In this document: piece after piece, positions 1 through 9,475 of the stretch | Position numbering within the stretch: position 1 is the stretch's first letter | Layout of the letters: every line of letters starts with the position of its first letter | From: Candidatus Aegiribacteria sp. | GTDB taxonomy: Bacteria > Fermentibacterota > Fermentibacteria > Fermentibacterales > JCC-6 | Length of the DNA: 64,000 nt | NCBI GenBank assembly: GCA_030594645.1 | Contig: JAUVEU010000008.1 | Coordinates: 1,127-65,126, forward strand | Direction: 5' to 3' | Made by a program: the position numbers and the translations under genes | Notes under the pieces: model-generated | What the model was told of the DNA's origin: nothing | The model's input: the letters and a program-made list of their open reading frames with translations, nothing else | Database searches by the model: none

Positions 1-635
1 TATTCCTGAGCTGACCAATCTTCTATCTCACTTGCTGTCGAGGTGTATCCAGCTGCAACAAGACGGTTCATAGTTAATTCTTCGTCTCGATCAAGGCTTT
101 CCTTTAATACATCCAGCATAATATCTATATTCCCGAGTGCTTCACTTGAGACAAGGTATGCGACAGATTCACCGTCCCCCGATTGCAGATTCTCAAAAAG
201 CGCCTCAAGAACAGCGGTAGGGTTATCTGGAATCAAATCCGAAGTGTCTTCGTAGTATGAATACTCATTACCCGATTCAGAAGATTCATCCACATCCGGT
301 TGTAATACTTCGTCTTCTGTTGTAAAACCGTCAACAGGTTCCTGGGGAATTTCTTCTTCAGTCACAAACCCGTCAACAAAGTCCGGGAGTGTTTCCTCTT
401 CTGTCATAAACCCATCAATAGAGTCAGGGGGTGTTTCCTCTTCTGTCATAAACCCGTCAGTAGAGTCAGGAGGTGTTTCCTCTTCTGTTATAAACCCGTC
501 AATAGAGTCCGGAAGTGTTTCCTCTTCTGTCATAAACCCGTCAACAGGATCCGGAGGCAATTCATCTTCTGTTTGTGCTAAAGTTACAGAAAACAGTAAC
601 CCGGACATCAGTATTACTATTACTGGATATCTCAA
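1..635 (-). CDS. Secreted acidic tandem-repeat protein, 5'-partial in window (gene continues past position 1). Start is TTG at 635 or ATG at 608. The C-terminal domain is paralogous to the lipoprotein at 20468..20947.
   Basis: Minus-strand translation by hand gives (L/M)RYPVIVILMSGLLFSVTLA|QTEDE, a signal-peptide-like N-terminus. Six 15-aa repeats follow (VDGF[MIV]TEEET[LP]PDS). Then ..AVLEALFENLQSGDGESVAYLVSSEALGNIDIMLDVLKESL.., which resembles 20468 ORF residues 26-70. The ORF track omits it because its stop lies outside the window. Confidence 0.55.
   Translation of the reverse strand, partial: MRYPVIVILMSGLLFSVTLAQTEDELPPDPVDGFMTEEETLPDSIDGFITEEETPPDSTDGFMTEEETPPDSIDGFMTEEETLPDFVDGFVTEEEIPQEPVDGFTTEDEVLQPDVDESSESGNEYSYYEDTSDLIPDNPTAVLEALFENLQSGDGESVAYLVSSEALGNIDIMLDVLKESLDRDEELTMNRLVAAGYTSTASEIEDWSAQE
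300..580. repeat. Tandem 45-bp coding repeat, about 6 copies; unit is roughly gtgtttcctcttctgtcataaacccgtcaatagagtcaggaggt.
   Basis: Visible periodic near-identical units at 389-433, 431-475, 473-520 and 515-560, with degenerate copies at 300-390. They encode the 15-aa acidic repeats of the minus-strand CDS. Confidence 0.85.
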
Positions 636-638
636 AAG

Positions 639-647
639 CCCCCCCCC
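639..647 (-). promoter_or_regulatory. Homopolymeric tract (C9 on the + strand, G9 on the gene strand) at the RBS position of the repeat-protein gene. Candidate slipped-strand phase-variation site.
   Basis: The 9-nt run ends 3 nt upstream of the TTG at 635 and 30 nt upstream of the ATG at 608. Confidence 0.35.
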
Positions 648-823
648 TACGTGTTATTCAACACCTAACACATAAAACACATAACACTATTTTTAATAAA
701 AGCAAGGGGGACAAAATAACCGGTAAAACACCCTATCTTTTCCCAGATAATTTACTAAGTCAGCGCGGCTGGAAATCTGCGATTCCTGGAAAAATCCACA
801 ACATCTCTGATGAAATTCGGGGT

Positions 824-2044
824 CTAAATCTCTCCCCATATTTTCAGTGTTTCAAGTACAATTCTGAAGGATGCTTCAAGGCCCTCCTCAGCGATCCACT
901 CCTTCCTTGAGTGAAAGAATTCTCCTCCTGTAGGGAGATTCACTGTGGGAATTCCCATGAATGACAATCTAGACCCGTCAGTACCACCTCTAATTGAACC
1001 TTCTTCCCCTTCATTGACAGCTCTTTCCATTCCTTTCAGGGCGTAATCAACCGGTCTTCTGTCCTTCAGGAGAATCTCTCCGGGGTTCTGGTACTGCTCT
1101 GTGAGTTCCAGTGAGATCTCTGCACGCGGATATTTGATCCTGATCCACTTCTCTATGCTGCGCATTCTGTTAATCCTTGTTTCCATGCCCTCCCTGGTAA
1201 AATCACGAAGGATCATCTTCAGTTCACCCACGGCAGTTACGGAAGTGATGGAAAGCGGGTAGTCATAACCCTCCATACCTGAACTGTTCTCAGGCATTTC
1301 TTCGGAACTGATCATTGTAACAATTTCCGCCAGAATACGGACAGAGTTGACAAGAATACCCTTTGCGCTTCCAGGATGAACTTCATTCCCCTTTACTTTC
1401 CAGTGAGCTGACCATGCATTGAAGGTTTGTGTATCCACCTTTCCAATAACACTTCCATCAACTGTATATGCGAAATCAGCTCCGAATGTGGATGTATTGA
1501 AATTGTCCATGCCCCTGCCGACTTCTTCATCTGTTGTAAACGCAATCTTCAGGGGCGGTCTTGGAATATCAGTATCTGCGATCAGACATCTGCATATCTC
1601 CATAATGATCGCTACACCGGCTTTGTCATCAGCCCCAAGCAAGGTTGTACCATCAGAAGTGATTATTGTACCCCCAACATACCTGATCATATCCATGGTC
1701 TCTTCCGGTTCAATGACGATATTTGATTGTAGAGTAATTGCCTTTCCGTCCCAGTCACTGTGAAGAACAGGAGATACATCCTTGCCGGAGACATCAGGAG
1801 AAGTGTCTACGTGAGCAATCAGACCGATGACAGTGTTGCCGCTTCCCTCTCCTGGAAGAGCTGCATACAAAGTTCCCCTCTCATCCAGTTCGATATGCTC
1901 CATACCTATTTTTCGTAATTCACTCTCGAGTATTCTTAGGAAATCGACCTGACATGAGGAAGACGGTGAGGCGGTGGAGGTGGGATCGGATGCAGAATTG
2001 ATTCTAACGTAACTCAAAAATCTTTCTGTTAATTGCTCAGACAT
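824..2044 (-). CDS. pepT: Peptidase T (tripeptide aminopeptidase, M20B).
   Basis: MSEQLTERFLSYVRINSAS... HVDTSPDVSGKDV... DDKAGVAIIMEI... FTTDEEVG. The ATG at 2044 follows AAGGAG (the revcomp of ctcctt). The upstream 168 codons of the 574-aa ORF are non-coding read-through. Confidence 0.85.
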   Translation of the reverse strand: MSEQLTERFLSYVRINSASDPTSTASPSSSCQVDFLRILESELRKIGMEHIELDERGTLYAALPGEGSGNTVIGLIAHVDTSPDVSGKDVSPVLHSDWDGKAITLQSNIVIEPEETMDMIRYVGGTIITSDGTTLLGADDKAGVAIIMEICRCLIADTDIPRPPLKIAFTTDEEVGRGMDNFNTSTFGADFAYTVDGSVIGKVDTQTFNAWSAHWKVKGNEVHPGSAKGILVNSVRILAEIVTMISSEEMPENSSGMEGYDYPLSITSVTAVGELKMILRDFTREGMETRINRMRSIEKWIRIKYPRAEISLELTEQYQNPGEILLKDRRPVDYALKGMERAVNEGEEGSIRGGTDGSRLSFMGIPTVNLPTGGEFFHSRKEWIAEEGLEASFRIVLETLKIWGEI

Positions 2045-2159
2045 ATTTCTCCTTTTCATTAACGGATTCGATTTGGTATATATACCGAAGATTTGGATTG
2101 AGTACAGACTGAAATCCGTAAGGTACGGACATTTACTTTGAACGAGAGCAGGTGATTCA

Positions 2160-3083
2160 GTGGTATCCTTCAAGAACAAAAGCGTTATATCCATAAGAGA
2201 TATGACGATGGATGATCTCATAAAGATCGTTGATACAACCGGTTTCGTGAAGGAATCCAATCCTCCCGACTTCATGAAGGATAAAACTGTGGCAACACTG
2301 TTTTTCGAGCCTTCCACAAGAACCAGGCTCTCTTTCGAATCAGCTGTTCTGAAAAGCGGCGGATCTGTTTTCGGCATTGCGAATCCAGGTTCATCTTCAC
2401 AGAGCAAAGGTGAATCCTTTGCGGATTCGATCAGGACCGTCGCCGGATATTGCAATGTAATGGTTATAAGACATCCAGTAGAGGGAGCATCAAGAATGGC
2501 ATCTGAACTATCAGATACGCCTGTTATAAATGCGGGTGATGGAGCCAATCAACATCCTACCCAGACCTTCCTGGATCTGTTCACTATTAAGGAAATTCTG
2601 GGCACACTCGATGGACTGAAGATTGGAATAGTGGGAGATCTTAAATACGGTAGAACTGTACATTCACTCACACATGCACTTACACTCTTTGGTGCGGAAT
2701 TGACTTTCATCTCACCGCCCGCTCTGGGAATGCCGGAGCATATGCTCAATGAACTTGATGAAAGGAAGATTCATTACAGGAATATGGAAGATCTGGAAGA
2801 CGCTGGAAAACGTAATCTTGATATCCTTTATGTGACCAGGATCCAGAAAGAGCGTTTCGGTGACCCGCAGGAATACGAAAAAGTCGCGGGCAGCTACAGA
2901 ATCACCGGAGAAACCATTGAAACGCTGGGAAAGGATATCAAAATAATGCACCCGCTCCCACGAGTTGATGAGATCGCTGAGGAAGTTGATAGTCTTCCGA
3001 ACGCATTGTACTTCACTCAGGCTCACAATGGAATACCTACACGACAGGCGCTGCTCGGCCTGGTGACAGGAGGTCTGGACTGA
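2160..3083 (+). CDS. pyrB: Aspartate carbamoyltransferase catalytic subunit.
   Basis: STRTR, HPLP and PRVDEI motifs. GTG start at 2160, or ATG at about 2203. Confidence 0.9.
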   Translation: MVSFKNKSVISIRDMTMDDLIKIVDTTGFVKESNPPDFMKDKTVATLFFEPSTRTRLSFESAVLKSGGSVFGIANPGSSSQSKGESFADSIRTVAGYCNVMVIRHPVEGASRMASELSDTPVINAGDGANQHPTQTFLDLFTIKEILGTLDGLKIGIVGDLKYGRTVHSLTHALTLFGAELTFISPPALGMPEHMLNELDERKIHYRNMEDLEDAGKRNLDILYVTRIQKERFGDPQEYEKVAGSYRITGETIETLGKDIKIMHPLPRVDEIAEEVDSLPNALYFTQAHNGIPTRQALLGLVTGGLD

Positions 3084-3541
3084 TGGATAGAGCATACAAG
3101 GTGTATTCAATTCAGAATGGAACTGTCATTGATCATATTCCCACTCCCCTTGCTCTGAAGGTCATCAGCATACTTGGACTCGGAAATGAAGGAATAATGA
3201 CAATCGGCATCGGTTTCCGATCCAAGAAGTACCCTGCTGGTAAAGATATTGTCAAAGTCGAGAATCACGAATTATCTCATGATGAAACTGATATGATCGC
3301 TCTTATAGCACCCGATGCTACAATCAACATTATCAAAGATGGAAAAGTATTTGAAAAACGTCAGATTTCTCTCCCTTCTGAGGTCAAAGGCATCCTTTCG
3401 TGCCCCAATCCCAATTGTGCGACCAACAAACTCGGAGCAGAAAAACACTTTTTTCTTGAAGACAAAAAATGTGTTACATACAGATGCAAATACTGTGAAC
3501 GTGCAACTGTGATAGAAGCTGATCTGCTGAGCTCAAATTAA
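3083..3541 (+). CDS. pyrI: Aspartate carbamoyltransferase regulatory subunit.
   Basis: C-terminal zinc domain with CPNPNC...CKYC. Overlaps the pyrB stop (ATGA). Confidence 0.85.
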   Translation: MDRAYKVYSIQNGTVIDHIPTPLALKVISILGLGNEGIMTIGIGFRSKKYPAGKDIVKVENHELSHDETDMIALIAPDATINIIKDGKVFEKRQISLPSEVKGILSCPNPNCATNKLGAEKHFFLEDKKCVTYRCKYCERATVIEADLLSSN

Positions 3542-3544
3542 GAA

Positions 3545-5128
3545 ATGAGTACAGATAAGCTCCAATATCATCCGGATCAAACTCGAACAGACAGATTTGT
3601 TTTTCTTGGAATAGCCATCGTCGTTGCGTTACTTTACGTTCTCTTCATGAACCAGCCCCTTTACGGTGACGGATATGGATACGGCTACAATTCCGCAAAG
3701 TGGATGGTTGAGAACAACCTTCAGCCAATACCAGCGGGTATGGGAAGAGGAGAGCGCTGCATGGGACATCCGGCAGGCTTCTTCTGGCTCTGGGCGATTA
3801 TCATGAAAATATTCGGAGACCACATTCACATAGCTCACATACTTCCGGCGATCACTGCTTTCCTTTCTCTCGGAGGAATGTACAAACTTGGCAAAACCCT
3901 GGGTGGTACCCTGCTGGGAATTCTTACGTCAGCCGCTCTTCTTGCATCTCCATTGTTTATCACACAGGCCTTCCGTCCGCTTCCTGATGCTGCCATGATA
4001 GCTGCTATTTCGTGGTCACTCTATTATTTCATCAATGGTAAAAACATCCATTCAGCTTTTCTCTGTTTTATTGCTGTCATGATGCGGGAACAGGCTGTAT
4101 TCCTTGCGGCATCGTATTTCATTGCGGAACTTATCAGATCGAGGTTGAAAAAACCCAAGCTCCTGCTTCTCTGGTGTTCTCCCCTTCTGGTTATCCTTTT
4201 CACTGCAATCGGAAACCAGTTCGTAAACGGATATTTCTTCTGGAAAAGACTTGTCAGCTCACAGCATGGAGTTCTGCCTGAGGGCTGGATTGCGTTCCGT
4301 TTCCGATTGTTTGGCGGGCATCTTCTCGCCGAGAATTACAGATGGATACCTGTTGTTGGATCTCTTGCTTTCCTGCTGTGGAACAGCCGTCTCAAAAAAA
4401 TTGCAATTCCATTAACACTTGGTCTGATTCTGCTGGCACTGTCAAGAGCAACATGGTTGCCTTATCTTCTGTCAATTGCCCTGATAACACTTCTGGCAAT
4501 CTTAATCAGGAGAAGGATAAAGGGAGATATCTGGCTTGTTCTTATCATTCTGGTTCTATTCTCTATTCTTTTTCATGTCTTTATTGTGACTGCAGGTGTA
4601 ATCACCGAGCTTGATCTTCTAAGATATGTAATGTGCGCCTACCCGGCAGTGATAGCCGGTTCTCTGGCAATCATTGCCAGACTTGGGAAAAAGAAAGTTC
4701 TGACTGCTGTTTCAGTTCTTTTTATGGCAGCTTCTTTCTCCACGAATTTCTCTGTTCCATACTGGAATCAGGCTGATACGACCCTTGCGGTTCTTCAACA
4801 GCAGGAAGTTTATATAAATGCAATAGAAATTGCCGTAGAGTATGGTGATACGATCATTGTACCTGAAAGTGAGATTAAAACGCTGATAAGACCCGGATTA
4901 GGCTACGTTGATTCACCATATCCCGCACGAACCCTTGGAAGAACAACATCAACTCTTTCGTATGAAGCGGATTATACTGTTATTATCCCTCATTCTCACA
5001 AACTTACCGGTGTTTTTCTGGAAATGGTACAGGCAGCTCTACCATCGTCTTCTGTTCTTGGAGACCAGAACACAATAATAGAAGGTGAATTCAAAGTGGA
5101 CCTGTATAGAATTACAGCAACACAATAA
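3545..5128 (+). CDS. Polytopic GT-C-type membrane glycosyltransferase (ArnT/PMT-like, putative).
   Basis: About 12 predicted TM helices plus a C-terminal soluble domain of about 130 aa. Sits next to a GT2 polyprenyl-phosphate glycosyltransferase. Confidence 0.45.
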   Translation: MSTDKLQYHPDQTRTDRFVFLGIAIVVALLYVLFMNQPLYGDGYGYGYNSAKWMVENNLQPIPAGMGRGERCMGHPAGFFWLWAIIMKIFGDHIHIAHILPAITAFLSLGGMYKLGKTLGGTLLGILTSAALLASPLFITQAFRPLPDAAMIAAISWSLYYFINGKNIHSAFLCFIAVMMREQAVFLAASYFIAELIRSRLKKPKLLLLWCSPLLVILFTAIGNQFVNGYFFWKRLVSSQHGVLPEGWIAFRFRLFGGHLLAENYRWIPVVGSLAFLLWNSRLKKIAIPLTLGLILLALSRATWLPYLLSIALITLLAILIRRRIKGDIWLVLIILVLFSILFHVFIVTAGVITELDLLRYVMCAYPAVIAGSLAIIARLGKKKVLTAVSVLFMAASFSTNFSVPYWNQADTTLAVLQQQEVYINAIEIAVEYGDTIIVPESEIKTLIRPGLGYVDSPYPARTLGRTTSTLSYEADYTVIIPHSHKLTGVFLEMVQAALPSSSVLGDQNTIIEGEFKVDLYRITATQ

Positions 5129-5290
5129 TTATCCGGCCGTACCCCCAGCAGTACTCGAAGACGCCGGGAATACGGTATTACTTGTAGATACAGGTCTCAC
5201 CGGTCATAGGACGATATCCTGCAAAAGGACTGTTGACTCATTCATGTACTTCAGAGTAGAATCCGTCAACAATAACTTCCGGAGGAAGAA

Positions 5291-5989
5291 ATGATCAGGG
5301 GAAAGACTCTGGGGCTTGTCATTCCGGCACATAATGAAGCTGAAGGACTTCCAGCAGTGCTCGAACTTGTTCCGGACGAGATAGACAAAGTATTCGTTGT
5401 TGACAACTGCTCCACTGACAACACTGCTGAGGTGGCCAGAAAATTCGGTGCTATTGTCATTGACCAGCCTTTGAAAGGATACGGTAATGCCTATCAGGCG
5501 GGTTTCAGCATTGTGGATACGGAAATCGTATCAACTGCTGATGCTGATGGCACTTATCCTGTTGACAGAATTCCGGAACTTGCCGGATACATGCTCGATC
5601 ATGAAATTGATTTCATATCGGCAAGAAGGATCCCAAGTGATCAGGCCGGAACTTTGAATAATGTCATGCGCTTTTCCGGGAACGTGATACTGACTTTCTT
5701 TACCATATTTCTTTTCTGGAAAATTATAAGGGACAGCCAGTCGGGAATGTGGGTATTCAAACGTGAGATCCTGGATGATCTGAAACTGACAAGTGGAGGA
5801 ATGCCTTTCTCTGAAGAACTGAAGATTGAAGTATGGAGAAATTCACAGATAAAATGCATTGAAATCGGAATCCCTTTCAGCTACTCTCAAAGACTTGGTG
5901 AAGCCAAATTGAATCTCTGGCGGGATGGATTCAGAAACCTGCTGTTCCTTTTCGCGAAACGATTCGGCATCCCGATGACGCGCCCATAA
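5291..5989 (+). CDS. GT2 family glycosyltransferase (dolichyl/polyprenyl-phosphate sugar synthase-like, DPM1/ArnC type).
   Basis: LVIPAHNEAEGL...VVDNCSTDNTAEVA...DADGTYP is a typical GT2 DxD-containing N-terminus. Confidence 0.75.
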   Translation: MIRGKTLGLVIPAHNEAEGLPAVLELVPDEIDKVFVVDNCSTDNTAEVARKFGAIVIDQPLKGYGNAYQAGFSIVDTEIVSTADADGTYPVDRIPELAGYMLDHEIDFISARRIPSDQAGTLNNVMRFSGNVILTFFTIFLFWKIIRDSQSGMWVFKREILDDLKLTSGGMPFSEELKIEVWRNSQIKCIEIGIPFSYSQRLGEAKLNLWRDGFRNLLFLFAKRFGIPMTRP

Positions 5990-5994
5990 TATTT

Positions 5995-6552
5995 TCAGAT
6001 CATACCAGGTGACTTCATCTTAAGATATCTGTCCCGTTCACTGAAAACGCATCCGCAGTAAGGTTGCCGGTACATGCCGTTCTCTCTGGAAATTCTTACT
6101 GAATCCTTGTATAGATTTCTATAATCTCTATATACGAATTCCACTCCTGCCTTGAGCGCTGCCTTCTCTCCAGCTCTTTCTATCTGCTCCTGGTTCTGAT
6201 AAGGGCTGACAGATAACGTTGTTGAAAATGCATGTATTCCCATTTCATTCGCTTTTTCCGCTGTCGCTGAAAGCCTGTCTTCAAAACAGGCATGACATCT
6301 GTTCTCCGCCTCAAGAAGCATTCTTATGTTCTCCTCCAGAGGATATGCTTCGACGGTCACAAGAGGAATTCCCTCTGAACTGGAATATTCAGTCAGAGTC
6401 TCCAGTCTTCTCTGTCTTTCCTTCCACGGATGAATATTCGGATTGTAAAAGAAGGCTGTAACTCCGAATCCCTCCAGAGAGAGTGCTTTCAGAACAACAG
6501 TCATGCACGGAGCGCAGCACACATGCAACAGTAATGTAACAGGCTTGGTCAC
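5995..6552 (-). CDS. queH: Epoxyqueuosine reductase QueH (DUF208).
   Basis: LLLHVCCAPC cysteine motif and the downstream CxxC...C pattern. Length 185 aa. Confidence 0.7.
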   Translation of the reverse strand: MTKPVTLLLHVCCAPCMTVVLKALSLEGFGVTAFFYNPNIHPWKERQRRLETLTEYSSSEGIPLVTVEAYPLEENIRMLLEAENRCHACFEDRLSATAEKANEMGIHAFSTTLSVSPYQNQEQIERAGEKAALKAGVEFVYRDYRNLYKDSVRISRENGMYRQPYCGCVFSERDRYLKMKSPGMI

Positions 6553-7568
6553 AATGGCAATTCTTCCTGACCCCTGTGATCAAGCCCGAGGTGCCTGCAT
6601 GCTTTGGGTGTAGACATCCTTCCCCTGCTTGTTCTGTTTAAAAAACCTGCTGATAGAAGAAAGGGTTCGACCACATCGATGAGAGTATCCTGCTCCTCGT
6701 TCAGGGTTGCAGCAAGAGCAGCAACACCAACCGGACCGCCTGTATACTGATTTATTATTATCTGAAGATATTTCCTGTCCAGACTGTCCAGTCCGGCTTC
6801 ATCGATACCATGAATATCCATTGCCTCAACTGCGACATCCTCTGTAATGGAATCCTTCTCTTCAACCTGCGCAAAATCGCGAACCCTCTTAAGAAGTCTG
6901 TTGGATATTCTGGGTGTTCCACGGGACCGAAGAGCAATTGTCTCCGCTCCTCCATCAGTTATATCAATTTTAAGAATCGTTGACGATCTGCGGACAATTT
7001 CAGTAAGCTCACGCGGAGTATAGAATTGCATGTGGAGGGACAGGCCGAATCTGTCTCTCATTGGTCCGGTGATAAGTCCAGCCCTCGTAGTGGCGCCGAC
7101 GATCGTGAATTCGGCGAGATCAAGTTTTACTGTTCGGGCATGAGGGCCCGGGTCAAGAATAATGTCTATTTCGAAATCCTCCATAGCGGGATACAGGTAC
7201 TCTTCGACAATTCTTGGTAATCTGTGCATTTCATCGATGAAGAAGATATCACCCTGCTGAAGATTGGTGAGTATTCCTACCAGATCAGCAGCTCTTTCAA
7301 GAGCCGGGCCGGACGCAGAGACAAAGCCTGCATTCATCTCGGTTGCTACTATATGAGCAAGAGTTGTCTTTCCAAGCCCGGGAGGACCGTGAAACAGGAT
7401 ATGATCAAGAGGTTCACCTCTTCCGAGAGCAGCCTGAATGGCTATGGATAGTTTCTTTATTACAGCTTCCTGTCCGATGTACCCGTCTAGATTCTTCGGT
7501 CGAAGAGAAGTAAGAGTGCTTTCGTCTATACTCTCTGATCCGCCTGAAATAATAGACTCTCTGCTCAC
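6549..7568 (-). CDS. ruvB: Holliday junction branch-migration helicase RuvB.
   Basis: LRPKNLDGYIGQE...HILFHGPPGLGKTTLAHI Walker A and an AAA+ RuvB-like fold. Confidence 0.95.
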   Translation of the reverse strand: MSRESIISGGSESIDESTLTSLRPKNLDGYIGQEAVIKKLSIAIQAALGRGEPLDHILFHGPPGLGKTTLAHIVATEMNAGFVSASGPALERAADLVGILTNLQQGDIFFIDEMHRLPRIVEEYLYPAMEDFEIDIILDPGPHARTVKLDLAEFTIVGATTRAGLITGPMRDRFGLSLHMQFYTPRELTEIVRRSSTILKIDITDGGAETIALRSRGTPRISNRLLKRVRDFAQVEEKDSITEDVAVEAMDIHGIDEAGLDSLDRKYLQIIINQYTGGPVGVAALAATLNEEQDTLIDVVEPFLLSAGFLNRTSRGRMSTPKACRHLGLDHRGQEELPL

Positions 7569-8164
7569 TTTCTGCTCCTGATTCTCATAGCGTATTTAAT
7601 CATATCCGGTGTATCAGCATCATCTCCCAGTTCTTTTACCGTTTCAGCAAGGAGAGTTTCAGCTTCAGATGAGGGTATACCAAGCTGTCGAAGTACAGCT
7701 CTGGCTTCACCAAGAGCAGCTGCGTCCAACCTTGATGATGATAAGGAACCATATACTTTCTCCATCTGATCCTGAAGTCTGGCTACAATCTGCCTTGCCC
7801 TCTTGTTTCCTATTCCTGGAAGTGCGGTCAGATAAGCATAATCCTCGGAAGCAATTGCGCTTCCTATCTCGAAAGGGGGTCTCGCCAGTGCTTTTACAGC
7901 TGCTTTTACACCAACTCCGGATACGGAGATGAACTGCTCGAAAAACTCTCGGTCTTTGATCTCTGGAAATCCCACGATAAGAGGCACTATCCGATTCCCT
8001 TCCATTTGGAAATGAAGGTATACAGGTACATCCAGAGTCTGTCCCACTGAAACCCTTCTCAGAAAGAATCCCGGAGCAAGTATCGTCAATACAACTGGAC
8101 CTGTCCTGAGATATAGGGTGGAATCACCCGTGTCTACTACTGTTCCTCTTATACTTTCTATCAT
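7565..8164 (-). CDS. ruvA: Holliday junction DNA helicase RuvA.
   Basis: MIESIRGTVV... ALPGIGNKRARQIV HhH motifs. Start ATG at 8164, or an alternative at 8179. Confidence 0.9.
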   Translation of the reverse strand: MIESIRGTVVDTGDSTLYLRTGPVVLTILAPGFFLRRVSVGQTLDVPVYLHFQMEGNRIVPLIVGFPEIKDREFFEQFISVSGVGVKAAVKALARPPFEIGSAIASEDYAYLTALPGIGNKRARQIVARLQDQMEKVYGSLSSSRLDAAALGEARAVLRQLGIPSSEAETLLAETVKELGDDADTPDMIKYAMRIRSRK

Positions 8165-8654
8165 ACCGTTCACTTTCATATGCAGCTATTGCAGCAGCAA
8201 GAGCGTCTGTGACATCATCAGGCCGTATTTCTTCAGATATACCCAGAAGATGTCTGACCATACCGGCGACCTGTTCCTTGCTTGCCCTCCCTTTTCCGGT
8301 CACAAGTTTCTTTATAGTCGTTGAAGGGAGTGGAATGATTCGCAGGTTACTCCTTTGACCGGCAAGACAGAGCACTCCCCTGGCATGCCCCATCTTGATA
8401 GCCGTCGCAGGGTGCCTGTAATGCGAGTATATCTGCTCCAGTCCCATGGCTTCGGGGTGAAAGGAGTCGATTACCTCCATAAGACCGGTGTACAGTTCAT
8501 CAAGCCTTGCAGGAAGCAGATCAGCAGGAGATGATTTGATCGTCCCTGCATCAATCAATACAGTGTTTTCTGACTCAAATCGAAGAACACCGTAACCTGT
8601 CGTGCCCAGTCCGGGATCTATACCGATATAAACCGGAGCTCTATCAGAATTCAA
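8124..8654 (-). CDS. ruvC: Crossover junction endodeoxyribonuclease RuvC.
   Basis: YIGIDPGLGTTGYGVL with the RNase H-like fold acidic residues. Confidence 0.9.
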   Translation of the reverse strand: MNSDRAPVYIGIDPGLGTTGYGVLRFESENTVLIDAGTIKSSPADLLPARLDELYTGLMEVIDSFHPEAMGLEQIYSHYRHPATAIKMGHARGVLCLAGQRSNLRIIPLPSTTIKKLVTGKGRASKEQVAGMVRHLLGISEEIRPDDVTDALAAAIAAYESERYDRKYKRNSSRHG

Positions 8655-9383
8655 CTAGTCTTCCCGAATTTCAAAATTCGTATGAACCGCCTGTACATCA
8701 TCGCACTCTTCAAGTATTTCAAGGAGCTGAAATGCTTTGTCAGCTTCTTTCTCATTAAGTCCGATCCAGTTGTCAGGCTGCTTCGTGATCTCAGCGCTTT
8801 CTATCCTGATTCCGGACTTCACAAGGACATCCTTCACATCAAACACATCCGAGGGTGAAGTCATTGCGATTATGATATCATCCTGAGCCTGAACGTCCTC
8901 AAGACCTGCGTCAAGACCTGCTTCAAGAATCTGATCCTCAGTGTATTCAGCTCCGTCGATAGTTATCTGTCCCACTCTGCTGAACATATATGCTACACTG
9001 TTCCTTGAACCCAGATGGCCACCATGCTTTGAAAGAATATGCCTTATATCCGCTGCGGTTCTGTTCTTGTTATCGGTCAGCACTTCAATAATAATCGCAA
9101 CTCCGCCGGGACCATAGGCTTCGTATGTAATCTCCTCGTAATTAATACCTTCAAGATCACCAGTTCCCCTTTTTATCGCCCTGTCAATGTTATCTGAAGG
9201 CATGTTTTGAGATTTCGCGGTTTCGACAGCCACTCTGAGCCTCGAGTTGGTTTCAATATCTCCTCCGCCTTCCCTTGCGGCAACAGATATCTCCTTTACC
9301 AGTCGGCTGAATATCTTACCTCTGGCAGCGTCAGCTTTCTGCTTTTTGTGTTTGATACTGCTCCACTTATTATGTCCTGACAT
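8655..9383 (-). CDS. yebC: YebC/PmpR family DNA-binding transcriptional regulator.
   Basis: MSGHNKWSSIKHKKQKADAARGKIFSRL... Confidence 0.9.
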   Translation of the reverse strand: MSGHNKWSSIKHKKQKADAARGKIFSRLVKEISVAAREGGGDIETNSRLRVAVETAKSQNMPSDNIDRAIKRGTGDLEGINYEEITYEAYGPGGVAIIIEVLTDNKNRTAADIRHILSKHGGHLGSRNSVAYMFSRVGQITIDGAEYTEDQILEAGLDAGLEDVQAQDDIIIAMTSPSDVFDVKDVLVKSGIRIESAEITKQPDNWIGLNEKEADKAFQLLEILEECDDVQAVHTNFEIRED

Positions 9384-9475
9384 GCACATCTCCCGTCCGC
9401 ATGAATTTTTATAACTCCATCAAAGCTATTGCAACATTAGATATCTGTCCCGCTCCGGTCAAGAAGTAATCCGAC

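Noticed and set aside
1419-1763. Overlapping plus-strand ORFs of 99 and 114 aa inside pepT.
   Set aside because: They are antisense to a well-supported CDS and have no motifs.
824-2548. 574-aa minus-strand ORF, longer than expected for PepT.
   Set aside because: The PepT homology and a good RBS begin at the ATG at 2044. The upstream 168 codons are non-coding read-through of an open frame.
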